From: an uncultured Alphaproteobacteria bacterium
GTDB taxonomy: Bacteria > Pseudomonadota > Alphaproteobacteria > Rhizobiales > Hyphomicrobiaceae
NCBI GenBank assembly: GCA_963797005.1
Contig: CAWCOF010000012.1
Location: forward strand, 1,863 to 65,862
DNA: 64,000 nucleotides
Direction of reading: 5' to 3'
The position numbers were made by a program, and so were the translations under genes. Below are positions 1-9,013 of the stretch, piece by piece. The notes under the pieces were generated by a model. It was not told where the DNA came from. It searched no databases and was given only the letters and a program-made list of their open reading frames with translations. Numbering within the stretch: the first letter of the stretch is position 1; each line of letters starts with the position of its first letter.

Positions 1-763
1 TCTTCTGTGCGCGGCACCAGGGGACGACGATGTCGTTCATGAACGCGCTGTCATTGTCGAAGTCGGCGCCGAGAATGATCCAGGGGAACAGGCTCTGCGC
101 CCGTTTAATCGCCTCGACGACGAGGCTGCCCTCGCGCGTCACCAAGGGCAGGCACTCCGTCCAGCCCGTCGCGACATCCACCATCGTCAGAGTTTGGATG
201 AACGACCCCGCGACGCTCGTGCCACCGTGAGCAACCATGTCGATCTCGCAGAAGCCCGGTGGCGGATCCTGCCAGTCGTTGAATGTGCGGATCGGGACTT
301 CGCGCCGAATGGCGGAATAGAAGCCCACGCGACGGCGCTTGCCGCCTGCCGCCGCGATCTTGGTGTCGGCCAGAAGTCGGTCGATCGTTGCAGCGCTGAC
401 TGCCAGCACCAGCACACGATCGGCTGCACCGAGCTTCAGCCGCCCGTGCCGTTCCAGTGCCGGCAGCAAAGTCGGGATCATGACCTTCAGCCGCTTGCCG
501 CAGATCCGGTCCGATGCCTCCCACAACGCCGTCAGCGCGTCCTTGACAACAACGTCGTAGGTAGACGTGCGCTGCTGTCGCGCCTCAGGTGGGGCCGCCG
601 GCCGATTGGCCAGCGCGCGCACCGCGTGCTTGCGATGCCAGCCAGTCACCTTGCACAGCTCGTCGAGAATCCGCCCCTTCTCCGCCCGCCCCGCCACCCG
701 GTAGCGTTCGGCCACAGCCGATTTGATCTCGCGCCGCGCGCCCATGCTGATCTGTCCCGCCAT
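1..763 (-). CDS. DDE (rve/integrase-core type) IS transposase, first ~254 codons; C-terminus lies beyond the window start
   Basis: Not in the ORF track because there is no stop inside the window. My translation of the reverse strand from the ATG at 763 gives MAGQISMGARREIKSAVAERYRVAGRAEKGRILDELCKVTGWHRKHAVRALA...GKRLKVMIPTLLPALERHG...FCEIDMVAHGGTSVAGSFIQTLTMVDVATGWTECLPL...LGADFDNDSAFMN. This is an HTH-like N-terminus followed by the first two acidic-residue regions of an rve-fold transposase. IS family not resolved. Confidence 0.75.
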   Translation of the reverse strand, partial: MAGQISMGARREIKSAVAERYRVAGRAEKGRILDELCKVTGWHRKHAVRALANRPAAPPEARQQRTSTYDVVVKDALTALWEASDRICGKRLKVMIPTLLPALERHGRLKLGAADRVLVLAVSAATIDRLLADTKIAAAGGKRRRVGFYSAIRREVPIRTFNDWQDPPPGFCEIDMVAHGGTSVAGSFIQTLTMVDVATGWTECLPLVTREGSLVVEAIKRAQSLFPWIILGADFDNDSAFMNDIVVPWCRAQK

Positions 764-1373
764 CGGCGACACCGATCCGATTCGGTATCGCCGCCCCACG
801 CCTGACGGTCAGTTCTCCGGTAACATTTTTGATGAGGCAATGCGACCGGGATCGGCGTCGAAGAGTTGACCACCCTCTAGGTTGTGACACTGCAGCGCCG
901 GGCCTGGAGGCGCGCAGCGCAGCGTAGCGCCGGAAGGTGTGCCCGGCATGGGCACTGGATTGGAGGTGCAAGTCCTTCACGGGGCGAGTTGGTAGCAACC
1001 GTGAGTCGGAGGCAACTGCATGCAGCATGGTCCGTCGTGAGACGCGCGATGCTGGCGCCGCGAGGCCGTGTGGGGAAGAAGCCCGAGGCGAACCGCAGCA
1101 CCGAACGCGAGTGAACTCCTGGACAGGCCATTCCAGCCGGGTGAGCGTGCCTTCGAACGCGACGCCCAAAATCCAACCGAGGCTGGGGCGGTAATGGGAG
1201 CGGCGGCGGCGGGACATCCAGTGTTCTTACCCGGGGAGGTCTGGACGGGTCCGAGTGTGAGTCGGTAGGCCGGAAGGAGGCAACGACGACCAGCCGATGC
1301 CCGCCCAGAAGTCGGATCTCTTCGTATGAGCGATGAAGCGGGGTAATGCCCGCGGAGCAAAGGGAGAGATGGG

Positions 1374-2842
1374 TTGAGAAGGACGGGTCACCGTCAATTG
1401 AGCTTTGTGCTCGCCGACAGCCCTGACGGGGGCGGGAGCGATGGGCCGCCGGACGCATCCGAGCGGCGCGCGTTCCTGCTGCAAAGAGCGAAGCGCAAGC
1501 GATCGGCACGAACCGTCGCCTGGGCGGCCGACACCGGTCGGCTGCTGGAAGAGGTGGCGTCGGAGGCGAACCTCGCCCTGGCGCTGCTGAATGTGGTGCG
1601 CAACAAGGGCGCACCGGGCATCGACGGACAGACGGTCGAGGAGGCGGAGGCCGACGCGCCGAAGCTTCTCCCTCGTCTGCGCCGTGCGCTGCTGGAGGGA
1701 CGCTACCGGCCCGGCGATGTCCGTCGGGTGTTCATTCCGAAGCCCGGAGGCGGGCAGCGGGGTCTGGGCATCCCCAACGTCGATCGACAGCGTCGTGCAA
1801 CAAGCCGTGCTCCAGGTCCTGGAGTCGGTGTTCGAGCCGGCCTTCCACACCAGCAGTCACGGGTTCCGGCCGAAGCGCGGTGCGCACGACGGCCATCGCC
1901 GAGGCAAAGGAGCATCTCGAAGCCGGCTACCGGACGATTGTGGATCTCGATCTCGCCCAGTACTTCGATCGAGTTCATCATCAACGCCTCCTCGACCGCA
2001 TCGGTCAGCGGGTGGCGGATCGTCGGGTGATCGCGCTGGTGCGCTTGATGCTGAAGGCGGCGGTCGTGATGCCGGACGGCACGAGGATCATCGTCCGGGA
2101 AGGAACCCCGCAAGGCGGTCCGCTATCGCCGCTCCTGTCCAATATCGTCCTCGACGAGCTGGACCAGGAGTTGGCGCGGCGGGGCCATCGGTTCGTGCGC
2201 TATGCCGACGACTGTAACGTGTTCGTTGGCAGCGCCCGTGCCGGTGCGCGCGTCATGGCCTCTATCGCCAAGTTCCTGGCCAGCCGCATGCGGCTCCAGG
2301 TCAACGCGGAGAAGAGCGCCGTGCGCCATCCGAGCAAGGTGCACTTCCTGGGGTTCCGCTTTCTGCTGCGGCAGGACGGCCAGATCGGCGTCCTGCTGTC
2401 GGCGAAGACGGAACGACGGCTGGCGGCGACCATCAGGGAGATGACGCCTCCGAATTGGGGGCGATCCATCACCACCTGCATGGATGGCTTGAGCCGCTAC
2501 CTGACCGGATGGATGGCGTATTACCGGCTGTGCTCGCCGGATGCCGTCAAGGGTTTGGGCGTTCTCGACGCTCACATCCGCCGCCGGATCAGGGCGATCA
2601 TCGTGCGCCAGAAGAAGCGTCCGCGCTTTCTTCTGCGGCACCTGCTGGCGCTCGGGGTGAGCCGATCGGCCGCCGCCGGCGCTGCGTACTGCGGTCGAGG
2701 GGCTTGGAATCGCTCCAACCGGCCGGCCTTGACGCGAGCCTACCCGCCGTCCTGGTTCACAGGGCGGCTCGTCTCGCTCAAGACGCGCTGGGAAGAGCTC
2801 AACACCCCGCAGGCATCGGACCAGCTCTCGCTGGCCCTGTGA
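1374..2842 (+). pseudogene. Group II intron-encoded reverse transcriptase/maturase, reading frame broken twice (as assembled)
   Basis: Three ORF-track pieces join into one RT. Piece 1: ...LLEEVASEANLALALLNVVRNKGAPGIDGQTVEE...RRVFIPKPGGGQRGLGIPNV. Piece 2: IDSVVQQAVLQVLESVFEPAFHTSSHGFRPKRGAH. Piece 3: TAIAEAKEHLEAGYRTIVDLDLAQYFDRVHH...GTPQGGPLSPLLSNIVLDELD...RFVRYADDCNVFV (YADD catalytic box), followed by the X/maturase region. The shifts are at ~1780 and ~1890, and each looks like one extra base. The true start is unclear; 1374 is a TTG. Confidence 0.85.
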
Positions 2843-2856
2843 TCGATCGACCCAAA

Positions 2857-2922
2857 GAGCCGGATGCGGGCCCGCATGTCCGGTTCTGTGAGAGGCGCGG
2901 TGGAGAAATCCATCGCGCCTAC
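2857..2922 (+). ncRNA. Group II intron domain V and domain VI
   Basis: Domain V is GAGCCGGAUGCGG-GCCC-GCAUGUCCGGUUC (2857-2886), close to the conserved 34-nt catalytic hairpin. It is followed by a helix AGGCGCGGUGGA-GAAA-UCCAUCGCGCCU (2893-2920) and a terminal AC. I could not place a bulged branch-point A with confidence. Confidence 0.75.
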
Positions 2923-3381
2923 TCGACGCCCGGCGCTGGCGCATGTTTTTGGCGGGTCCGGATTGGATGCCGATCGACATTCATCGAGACCAAACTCGCG
3001 CTGAAACCAGAACAGAAGCCGCAGTGGGACGCCTTCGTGACAGCCTCCCGCAATGCGGACAAGCCGCTTCGTGACTTATGCCAGGCGCCGCCAGGTCCGC
3101 CCTCTTTCGGCGATCCGTTTGCGCTGCTGGAGTTGCGCCATCGCATGGCCGCGCTGCATGCGGCACGCGAGCAGGCCGTGTGGGTTGCCGTAGGGCGCCT
3201 CAAGGACGCCCTCGACGCCGAGCAACAGCGGCGGCTGGCGGAAGCGCTTCTCATCCCGCCGCCCGTCCCGGGGCCGCCGGGCATGCGCGGCTTCCCGCCA
3301 GCAGGATTTGCGCCGCATCTCCCGCCGGCTGGCTTCCCACCACACTTCGCACCAGGGTTGGCACCGCCGTTCCGACCGTGA
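2923..3381 (+). pseudogene. 5'-truncated Spy/CpxP-family (LTXXQ-motif) periplasmic protein remnant with Pro-rich tail
   Basis: The tail of ORF 2455..3381 reads ...TFIETKLALKPEQKPQWDAFVTASRNADKPLRDL...LELRHRMAALHAAREQAVWVAVGRLKDALDAEQQRRLAEAL, followed by PPPVPGPPGMRGFPPAGFAPHLPPAGFPP. There are two L-x-x-x-Q motifs in helical context. No in-frame start or signal peptide follows the intron 3' end. An in-frame TAG at 925-927 lies just upstream of the 5' splice site, so the ORF does not continue across the intron. Confidence 0.45.
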
Positions 3382-4069
3382 ACCTCTTGACGGCAAGCCC
3401 CCCGGCCCGCAGCACGAACGCCTTGTTTGACATTCGAGACCAGGGAAGCGTGGTTGCAGCCCTTTCCAGAGCTCGGCCGCATCTGCGCGCCGTGACCCTT
3501 TTCAGCCATGCGGGCGACAACAAGAATGACTGATCCATCCCGAGCCTGGCTAACCGCCCATATCGTCTCGGCCGCGATCTTCCTTGCCATCGTGCTCATG
3601 CTCACCCCTTGACCTCGCCACGGCGACCCTGCGCTGACGGCAGCAGATACCAGCGGCTTGTAATGCGGCGGAACGCTGCCGTTCGCCTCGTCGGCGTGGA
3701 CCTTTCCTTGAAGTCGCCGTCCGTGCGCCGGCCAACGCCCTAAGCGTCTTGGCGCAGGGCTTAAAGCCAACACTTCAGATCGCTGGTAGTGCCGAGACGG
3801 CGTGAAACAGTTCCTTACGTCCCTGATGTGGGCGCGTGAAACATGATGTTACACGCCGAAATCATCACGTAATTCGCCGCGTCATCCCTCTCTGTATGGT
3901 CGTGCAAACAGAGGGACAGCGACGGAACGCATCTGCTTTGGGAGGCAGGCTCCCCGTGGGGCTTGGGTCCGTGCGTTGCCGCCCGCGCTTGCCCCTGAAG
4001 CAGCAACGCCGGGGCACCTACCGAATGGCGAATCCTTTCCGGTTTCAGGTCAATGGCAGAACAAGAACG

Positions 4070-6465
4070 ATGCCAGATCTCTGTTGTGCTCAGCAGCCAG
4101 TGATGCTGCTCCAGCATTGCAGGCGGCAGCGTGGAAGGATCGCTCGATCGGCTCGGATTTTCGGCTTCGCGTGCGCCATCGCGATTACTGCATGCCTGGC
4201 AGCGATATCGACCGCGCCCCGCGCACAAGCCGATAGCTCCATCCGCGAGATTCGCGTCGACGGCAACCGGCGCGTCGAGCCCGAGACTGTCCGCTCCTAC
4301 CTGCGTTTCAACATCGGCGATCATTACGATCCCGGGAGGGTCGACCAGTCGATCAAGTCGCTGTTCGCCACGGGCCTCTTCAGCGACGTGCGCATCGACC
4401 GCGAAGGCGCCGGCGTGCTCGTGACCGTGGTCGAGAACCCGGTCATCAACCAGGTCGCCTTCGAAGGCAACATGGAGGTCGATAAGGAGACGCTGCGCAA
4501 TGAGGTCCAGCTGAAGCAGCGCGCCGTCTACACTCGTGCGCGCGTGCAGGCAGACGTGCAGCGCATCCTCGATGTCTACCGGCGGCAGGGGCGCTTTGCC
4601 GCCCGGGTCGACCCCAAGATCATCGAGCTCGACAAAAACCGCGTGAACCTCGTCTTCGAGATCGACGAGGGCGGCGCGACCAAGGTCAAGGCGATCAACT
4701 TCATCGGCAATCGGGTGTTCTCCGACAGCCAGCTGCGCGACATCATCACTACGTCGCAGTCGGGCCTGTTCGATTTCCTCAAGGGCACCAACATCTACGA
4801 TCCCGACCGGCTGGCGCTCGATAAGGAGCTGCTGCGCCAGTACTACATGAAGAACGGCTATGCCGACGTGCGCGTCGTGTCGGCGGGCGCCGAGCTCGAC
4901 CGCGACGGCAGCGGGTTCTTCATCACCTTCGTCCTCGACGAGGGCGAGCTGTTCAATTTCGGCACGATCGACATCCAGTCGTCGCTCGCGAATGTCGATC
5001 CGAAGTCGCTGCGCGGCGAGCTGCTCACCGTTTCTGGGCAACTCTTCAACCAGTCGGAGATGGACAAGACGGTCGAGCGCCTGACGCTGGTGATCTCCGA
5101 GCAGGGATATGCCTTCGCCCGGGTGCGGCCGCGGGCAGCGCGCGATCCTTCGGGGCGCGCCATCAACGTCACGTACCTGATCGACGAGGGGCCGCGCGTC
5201 TATATCGAGCGCATCAATATCATTGGCAACCAGCGCACGCGCGACTACGTGATCCGCCGCGAGTTCCGGCTGGCGGAGGGCGATGCCTACAACCCGCTGA
5301 TGGTCGACAAGGCCAAGAAGCGGCTGCAGACGCTCGGCTTCTTCAAGAAAGTGGAAATCAAGCGGCGGCCCGGCTCGGCGCCCGATCGCGTGGTCCTCGA
5401 CGTGGAGCTGGATGAGCAGTCGACCGGCGAGCTGTCGTTCGGCGCGGGCTATTCCACCAGCGAGGGCGTGATCGGCGACGTCAGCATCACCGAGCGCAAC
5501 TTGCTTGGGCGCGGTCAGTTTCTGCGCCTGAAGGTAGGCGGCTCGCTCGAGAAATTGCAGATCGATCTGAGCTTCACCGAGCCGCGCTTTCTCGACCGCA
5601 ACTTGTCCGCCGGCTTCGATCTCTTTCACAAGATGAGCTCCGTCTCGGATAGCCAGCCCTACAGCACGCGCAACACCGGCGGCGCTGTCCGCCTCGGTTT
5701 CCCGATCACCGAGTCGCTGTGGCTGACGACCTCCTATAACCTTTCCAACAACGAGATCGCGGACGTGGAATCGGATGCTTCGCGCGCCATCCAGGAGGCC
5801 GCGGGGCAATACTGGACGTCGGCGATCGGCGCCAACCTCGCCTACGATGCCCGCAATCATCCCAAGAACCCTACGCGGGGATGGTATGCTCAGCTTTCAA
5901 CGGATCTCGCGGGTCTTGGTGGCGACGTGCGCTATGCTCGCATTGGCGCAGAGACCCGCTTTTACTATCCGCTGGCAGAGAAGGTGACCTTTGTGGGACG
6001 CGCTATGGGCGGCCACATCCTGGGCTGGGGCGGCGAGGATGTTCGCCTCCTCGACCTCTACTACAAGGGGGGTGAGACCATCCGCGGCTTCAACTCGCTT
6101 GGAATTGGTCCGCGTGACCTCTTGACCGGCGATGCGCTGGGCGGCGACGGCCGAGGTCCATTTCGCCATGCCGTTCATCCCGGAGGATCTCGGCATGAAG
6201 GGCGCCGTGTTCGCCGACGCTGGTTCGCTGTTTGGCGCCGGTGCCCAAGCCAAGCAGCTCAACACCCAGTGCAACGTCGCCACGCCAGATTCCAGCGTCG
6301 GCGTCTGTTTGGCTGATTTCGGGCTCTATCCGCACATCGGTCGGCGTCAGTCTAATCTGGGAATCGCCGCTCGGTCCTCTGCGCTTCGATTTCGCCAAGG
6401 CGATTAACAAGGAAGCATACGATGACGTGCAGGTTTTTCGCTTTGGTGCCGCGACGAGGTTTTAG
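4070..6465 (+). pseudogene. bamA: Outer-membrane protein assembly factor BamA (Omp85), two frameshifts in the C-terminal barrel as assembled
   Basis: ORF 3836..6316 carries a signal peptide (...FACAIAITACLAAISTAPRAQA), POTRA repeats (IREIRVDGNRRVEPETVRSYL..., VENPVINQVAFEGN, INFIGNRVFSDSQL, IERINIIGNQRTRDYVIRRE) and barrel strands. The C-terminus continues in two other frames: WAATAEVHFAMPFIPEDLGMKGAVFADAGSLFG (from ~6135) and SGSIRTSVGVSLIWESPLGPLRFDFAKAI...VFRFGAATRF* (stop at 6465). Candidate ATG starts are 4025, 4070 and 4103. Confidence 0.85.
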
Positions 6466-6481
6466 GATTTAATACGCGAGA

Positions 6482-6515
6482 GCAAGGCGATTCCATCCGA
6501 AGCGATCCTGTCTAG
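6482..6515 (+). repeat. Short dispersed intergenic motif, copy A (partner at 24003-24037)
   Basis: Copy A is gcaaggcgattccatccgaagcgatcctgtctag. Copy B is gcaagatgattcgatctgaagcgatcctgctctag. By my hand alignment 30 of 35 positions match, including a 12-nt identical core gaagcgatcctg. Both copies are in the same orientation, and both lie just 3' of a + strand gene stop. Confidence 0.5.
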
Positions 6516-7052
6516 CCACAGACGACAGCCTTGGAGCGCTGTGTAACGCGAAGTTACAATTGGAAACCGCGGCGTCATAGACGAGAGCCAAGCCTGAGCT
6601 AAGCTCTGGTCAGCACGAAGTTTCCTCTCGGGGATCAGAATGCGCACCTTGCGGGTATCCGACGATATCAGCCTAATCCCGGGCGTACTGCTTTTCCCCG
6701 ACCACACCTTCGTTCGAGATCGCTCCAAGTCACTGAAGTGGCCGCACGCGGGCTGTTGCCCCTCCCCCCAAGCTGTGGGTGCAACTGCGTGCGGCCCGGC
6801 GCCGAGCTGCTCTTCCTCCGTGAACCTCTCCAAACACGGCGCGGCTCGGCGCCTTTTTTACCGCTGGTTCGTTCGGCGTGCGGTCGTGATCTCCACGGGC
6901 CAACTTGTCCGAAGCTGGGCGGCTGCCCCTCATCAAGCTGCGGGAGGGCCGAGGCACCGCACATCTGTGCTCGGCCAGCCCGATCGACAAGCTCGCCAAA
7001 CCACGCCTCGAGGCACTGTAGATGATCGTGGCAGCCATGCTGAACCGCGGCG

Positions 7053-8291
7053 CTATTCCACTGGAAGCTCAACAGTCTGCACCAGGCCGCGGTCGATGCC
7101 GTTGCGAACCGCGATCGTTCCGCCGGCCAGCTGAATGATCTCGCGGGCGATCGTCAGTCCAAGGCCGGCGCCCGGAATAGATTGCTGGCGGGCACGATCG
7201 ACCCGGAAGAAGGGCTCGAAGACGCGCCCAATCACGGCATCGGGAATGCCAGGCCCGCGATCCTCGATGATAACCCTGGCCGTGGTGGATGCGGGATGCT
7301 CCACGGAGACCTCCGCCGATATGCCGTGGGTAGCCGCATTGATGAGCAAATTCCGAAACGCGCGGATTAGTGCGAGACGGTCCGCCCTAACCGTGACCGG
7401 CGCGGTACTCGCAAGATGAACCTCGAGCTTCTGCTCGCGCAGCTCCGAAACGATCCCGGCAACCAGTTCGTCAAGTCGCAGGTTTTCAACCTCCGATGTC
7501 GACGCGCGCACAAGAGCAATGGCACTGTCAGCAATTCGACTGAGCTCGTCGATGTCGCGCAGCCAGTTAGAGCGCTCCTCCTGATCCTCGACGAACTCCG
7601 TACGCAACCGCATGCGCGTGATGGGTGTGCGCATATCGTGACCGGCTGCAGCGACCACACGCATTCGGCTGTCCACGGCGGATTTGAGCCGCGCCGACAA
7701 TGTATTCAGTGCACTGGCGGTAGCACGAACCTCTGCCGGGCCCTTCTCCGGCAACGCCGGCAACACGCCGTCGGGGCCGATCTTCTCAACAGCGTTCTGC
7801 AGCATCGCCAATGTCAGCACCATGCGATGAGCAACATAGACCGCAATGGTCGTAGCGCCGATGGTGATCAATCCAAGCCAGCCGAACAAGACGCGGAGAG
7901 GCCCCTTTCTCGGTGGAAGATCGGGGATGGGCACTACCAGCCATCCATGACTGCCGATGCGGACCGACGCCCGCATTGGCCCGTTTCCGGGCTCGCGGGC
8001 AACCATCAGATCAACCCTGCTGCCGCTTCCTTCAGCCGCGACGGCGCCTTTCAACCATTCGGTCGTCGGCTGATCTGCCGCTCCGGCTGCTGGCGCAGGA
8101 GAGAGGTTGAAGCTCTCGGGGTGAGCTTGGGCCGCGTTGGTCAACAGCACGAGTTGTTGCGCAATCGGCTGAATGGTGTGCTCGGGACCGCGCGGTAACA
8201 GCAGCGCGAGCACCAACCCTGTGATTAGCGCGACGACGGAGACGATCGCCACCACGAGCAACGCGGCAATACGGGCGCGCAGCGAGCTCAT
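7053..8291 (-). CDS. Sensor histidine kinase (two TM segments, HAMP, HisKA, HATPase_c)
   Basis: This is ORF 7053..8570 trimmed to the ATG at 8291 (MSSLRARIAALLVVAIVSVVALITGLVL...). The H-box is AAAGHDMRTPITRMRL, the N-box NLLINAATHG and the G-boxes EDRGPGIP...GAGLGLTIARE. The start overlaps the regulator stop (ATGA at 8288-8291). Confidence 0.85.
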   Translation of the reverse strand: MSSLRARIAALLVVAIVSVVALITGLVLALLLPRGPEHTIQPIAQQLVLLTNAAQAHPESFNLSPAPAAGAADQPTTEWLKGAVAAEGSGSRVDLMVAREPGNGPMRASVRIGSHGWLVVPIPDLPPRKGPLRVLFGWLGLITIGATTIAVYVAHRMVLTLAMLQNAVEKIGPDGVLPALPEKGPAEVRATASALNTLSARLKSAVDSRMRVVAAAGHDMRTPITRMRLRTEFVEDQEERSNWLRDIDELSRIADSAIALVRASTSEVENLRLDELVAGIVSELREQKLEVHLASTAPVTVRADRLALIRAFRNLLINAATHGISAEVSVEHPASTTARVIIEDRGPGIPDAVIGRVFEPFFRVDRARQQSIPGAGLGLTIAREIIQLAGGTIAVRNGIDRGLVQTVELPVE

Positions 8292-9013
8292 GACGCCGCA
8301 GTCTCGACCTCGACAGTGGCTGCAAGCTGGTAGCCGCCGTTGCGCACCGTCTTCAGCAATTGCCCGGCAGACTGATCGTCGAGCTTGCGACGCAGCCGGC
8401 TGACGAGGACGTCGATCGAGCGGTCGAGGGCATCGACATCGCGGCCGTGCGTCAGGTCGAGCAGTTGTTCGCGCGACAGCACACGCCCCGGCCGATCGAG
8501 GAATACGAGGAGCAAGTCGAACTCGGCCCCGGTCAGATCGATCGGTTCCCCGTCCAGCCTCGTGACGCACCGCGTATGCGGCTCGGCCGTGAAACCGGCG
8601 AAACGGTACACCTTTTGCCTGCCATCGGCCGACGATGCAGCCCCGCGCCGGCGCAGGACGGCGCGGATGCGTGCCACAAGCTCGCGGGGATTGAAGGGTT
8701 TTCCGAGATAGTCGTCGGCCCCGATCTCCAGGCCGATGATGCGGTCGACATCTTCTTTCAGCGCCGTCAGCAGAATGATGGGAACATCGGCGCGATCAGT
8801 ACGCAGGTCTCTGCAAAGGTCCAAGCCGGATCCGTCCGGGAGCAAGACGTCGAGCACAATCAGATCGATGCTATGGACGGCCAACTGGTCCTTCAACTCC
8901 TTGATCGTTGCTGCCAGCTCGACCCGGAACCCCTGCTGCACGAGATAGCGCGCGAGTAGCTTGCGGATCTCGGGGTCGTCGTCGACGACAAGGATTTGTG
9001 GCGAGGCACCCAT
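8288..9013 (-). CDS. OmpR-family response regulator
   Basis: From the ATG at 9013 the sequence reads MGASPQILVVDDDPEIRKLLARYL...DLIVLDVLLPDGSGLDLC...DDYLGKPFNPRELVARIRAVLRR, followed by a winged-helix region (LTGAEFDLLLVFLDRPGRVLSREQLLD...VDVLVSRLRRKL...LKTVRNGGY). The reading frame is intact. Confidence 0.9.
   Translation of the reverse strand: MGASPQILVVDDDPEIRKLLARYLVQQGFRVELAATIKELKDQLAVHSIDLIVLDVLLPDGSGLDLCRDLRTDRADVPIILLTALKEDVDRIIGLEIGADDYLGKPFNPRELVARIRAVLRRRGAASSADGRQKVYRFAGFTAEPHTRCVTRLDGEPIDLTGAEFDLLLVFLDRPGRVLSREQLLDLTHGRDVDALDRSIDVLVSRLRRKLDDQSAGQLLKTVRNGGYQLAATVEVETAAS

Larger units (their letters stand above)
937..2922 (+). mobile_element. Bacterial group II intron (~2.0 kb) with internal RT/maturase ORF
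   Basis: The 5' end reads GUGUGCCCGGCAUGGGCAC at 937, which fits the GUGYG consensus plus a short hairpin. The RT/maturase ORF sits where domain IV is expected. A textbook domain V hairpin lies at 2857-2886, a domain VI-like helix at 2893-2920, and the 3' end reads ...UAC at about 2922. Boundaries are +/- a few nt. EBS/IBS pairings not worked out. Confidence 0.8.

Noticed and set aside
1374-2842. The reverse transcriptase as part of a retron, DGR or other RT-based defence system.
   Set aside because: It is followed by a canonical group II intron domain V/VI and preceded by a GUGYG 5' end. It has a maturase (X) region and the YADD box in an intron-type context. No msr/msd-like repeats or template/variable repeat pair were seen.
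2919-3773. A 284-aa minus-strand ORF covering the gap upstream of bamA, plus smaller ORFs at 3076..3396, 3251..3538 and 3550..3735.
   Set aside because: It overlaps the better-supported CpxP-like frame on the opposite strand. It has a low-complexity Gly/Arg/Ala composition and no start-site signals. The 3382-3835 tract is left unassigned.
3815-5860. A 681-aa ORF antisense to bamA. Similar long antisense or out-of-frame ORFs are listed at 24451..25908, 29494..31155, 32135..33787, 34234..35658, 42207..45314 (1035 aa), 53608..54708 and 57980..60292 (770 aa).
   Set aside because: Each one lies opposite or out of frame to a gene with clear family motifs. Their translations are Arg/Ala/Gly/Asp-rich with no recognisable domains. 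Stop-poor alternative frames are expected in DNA this GC-rich.
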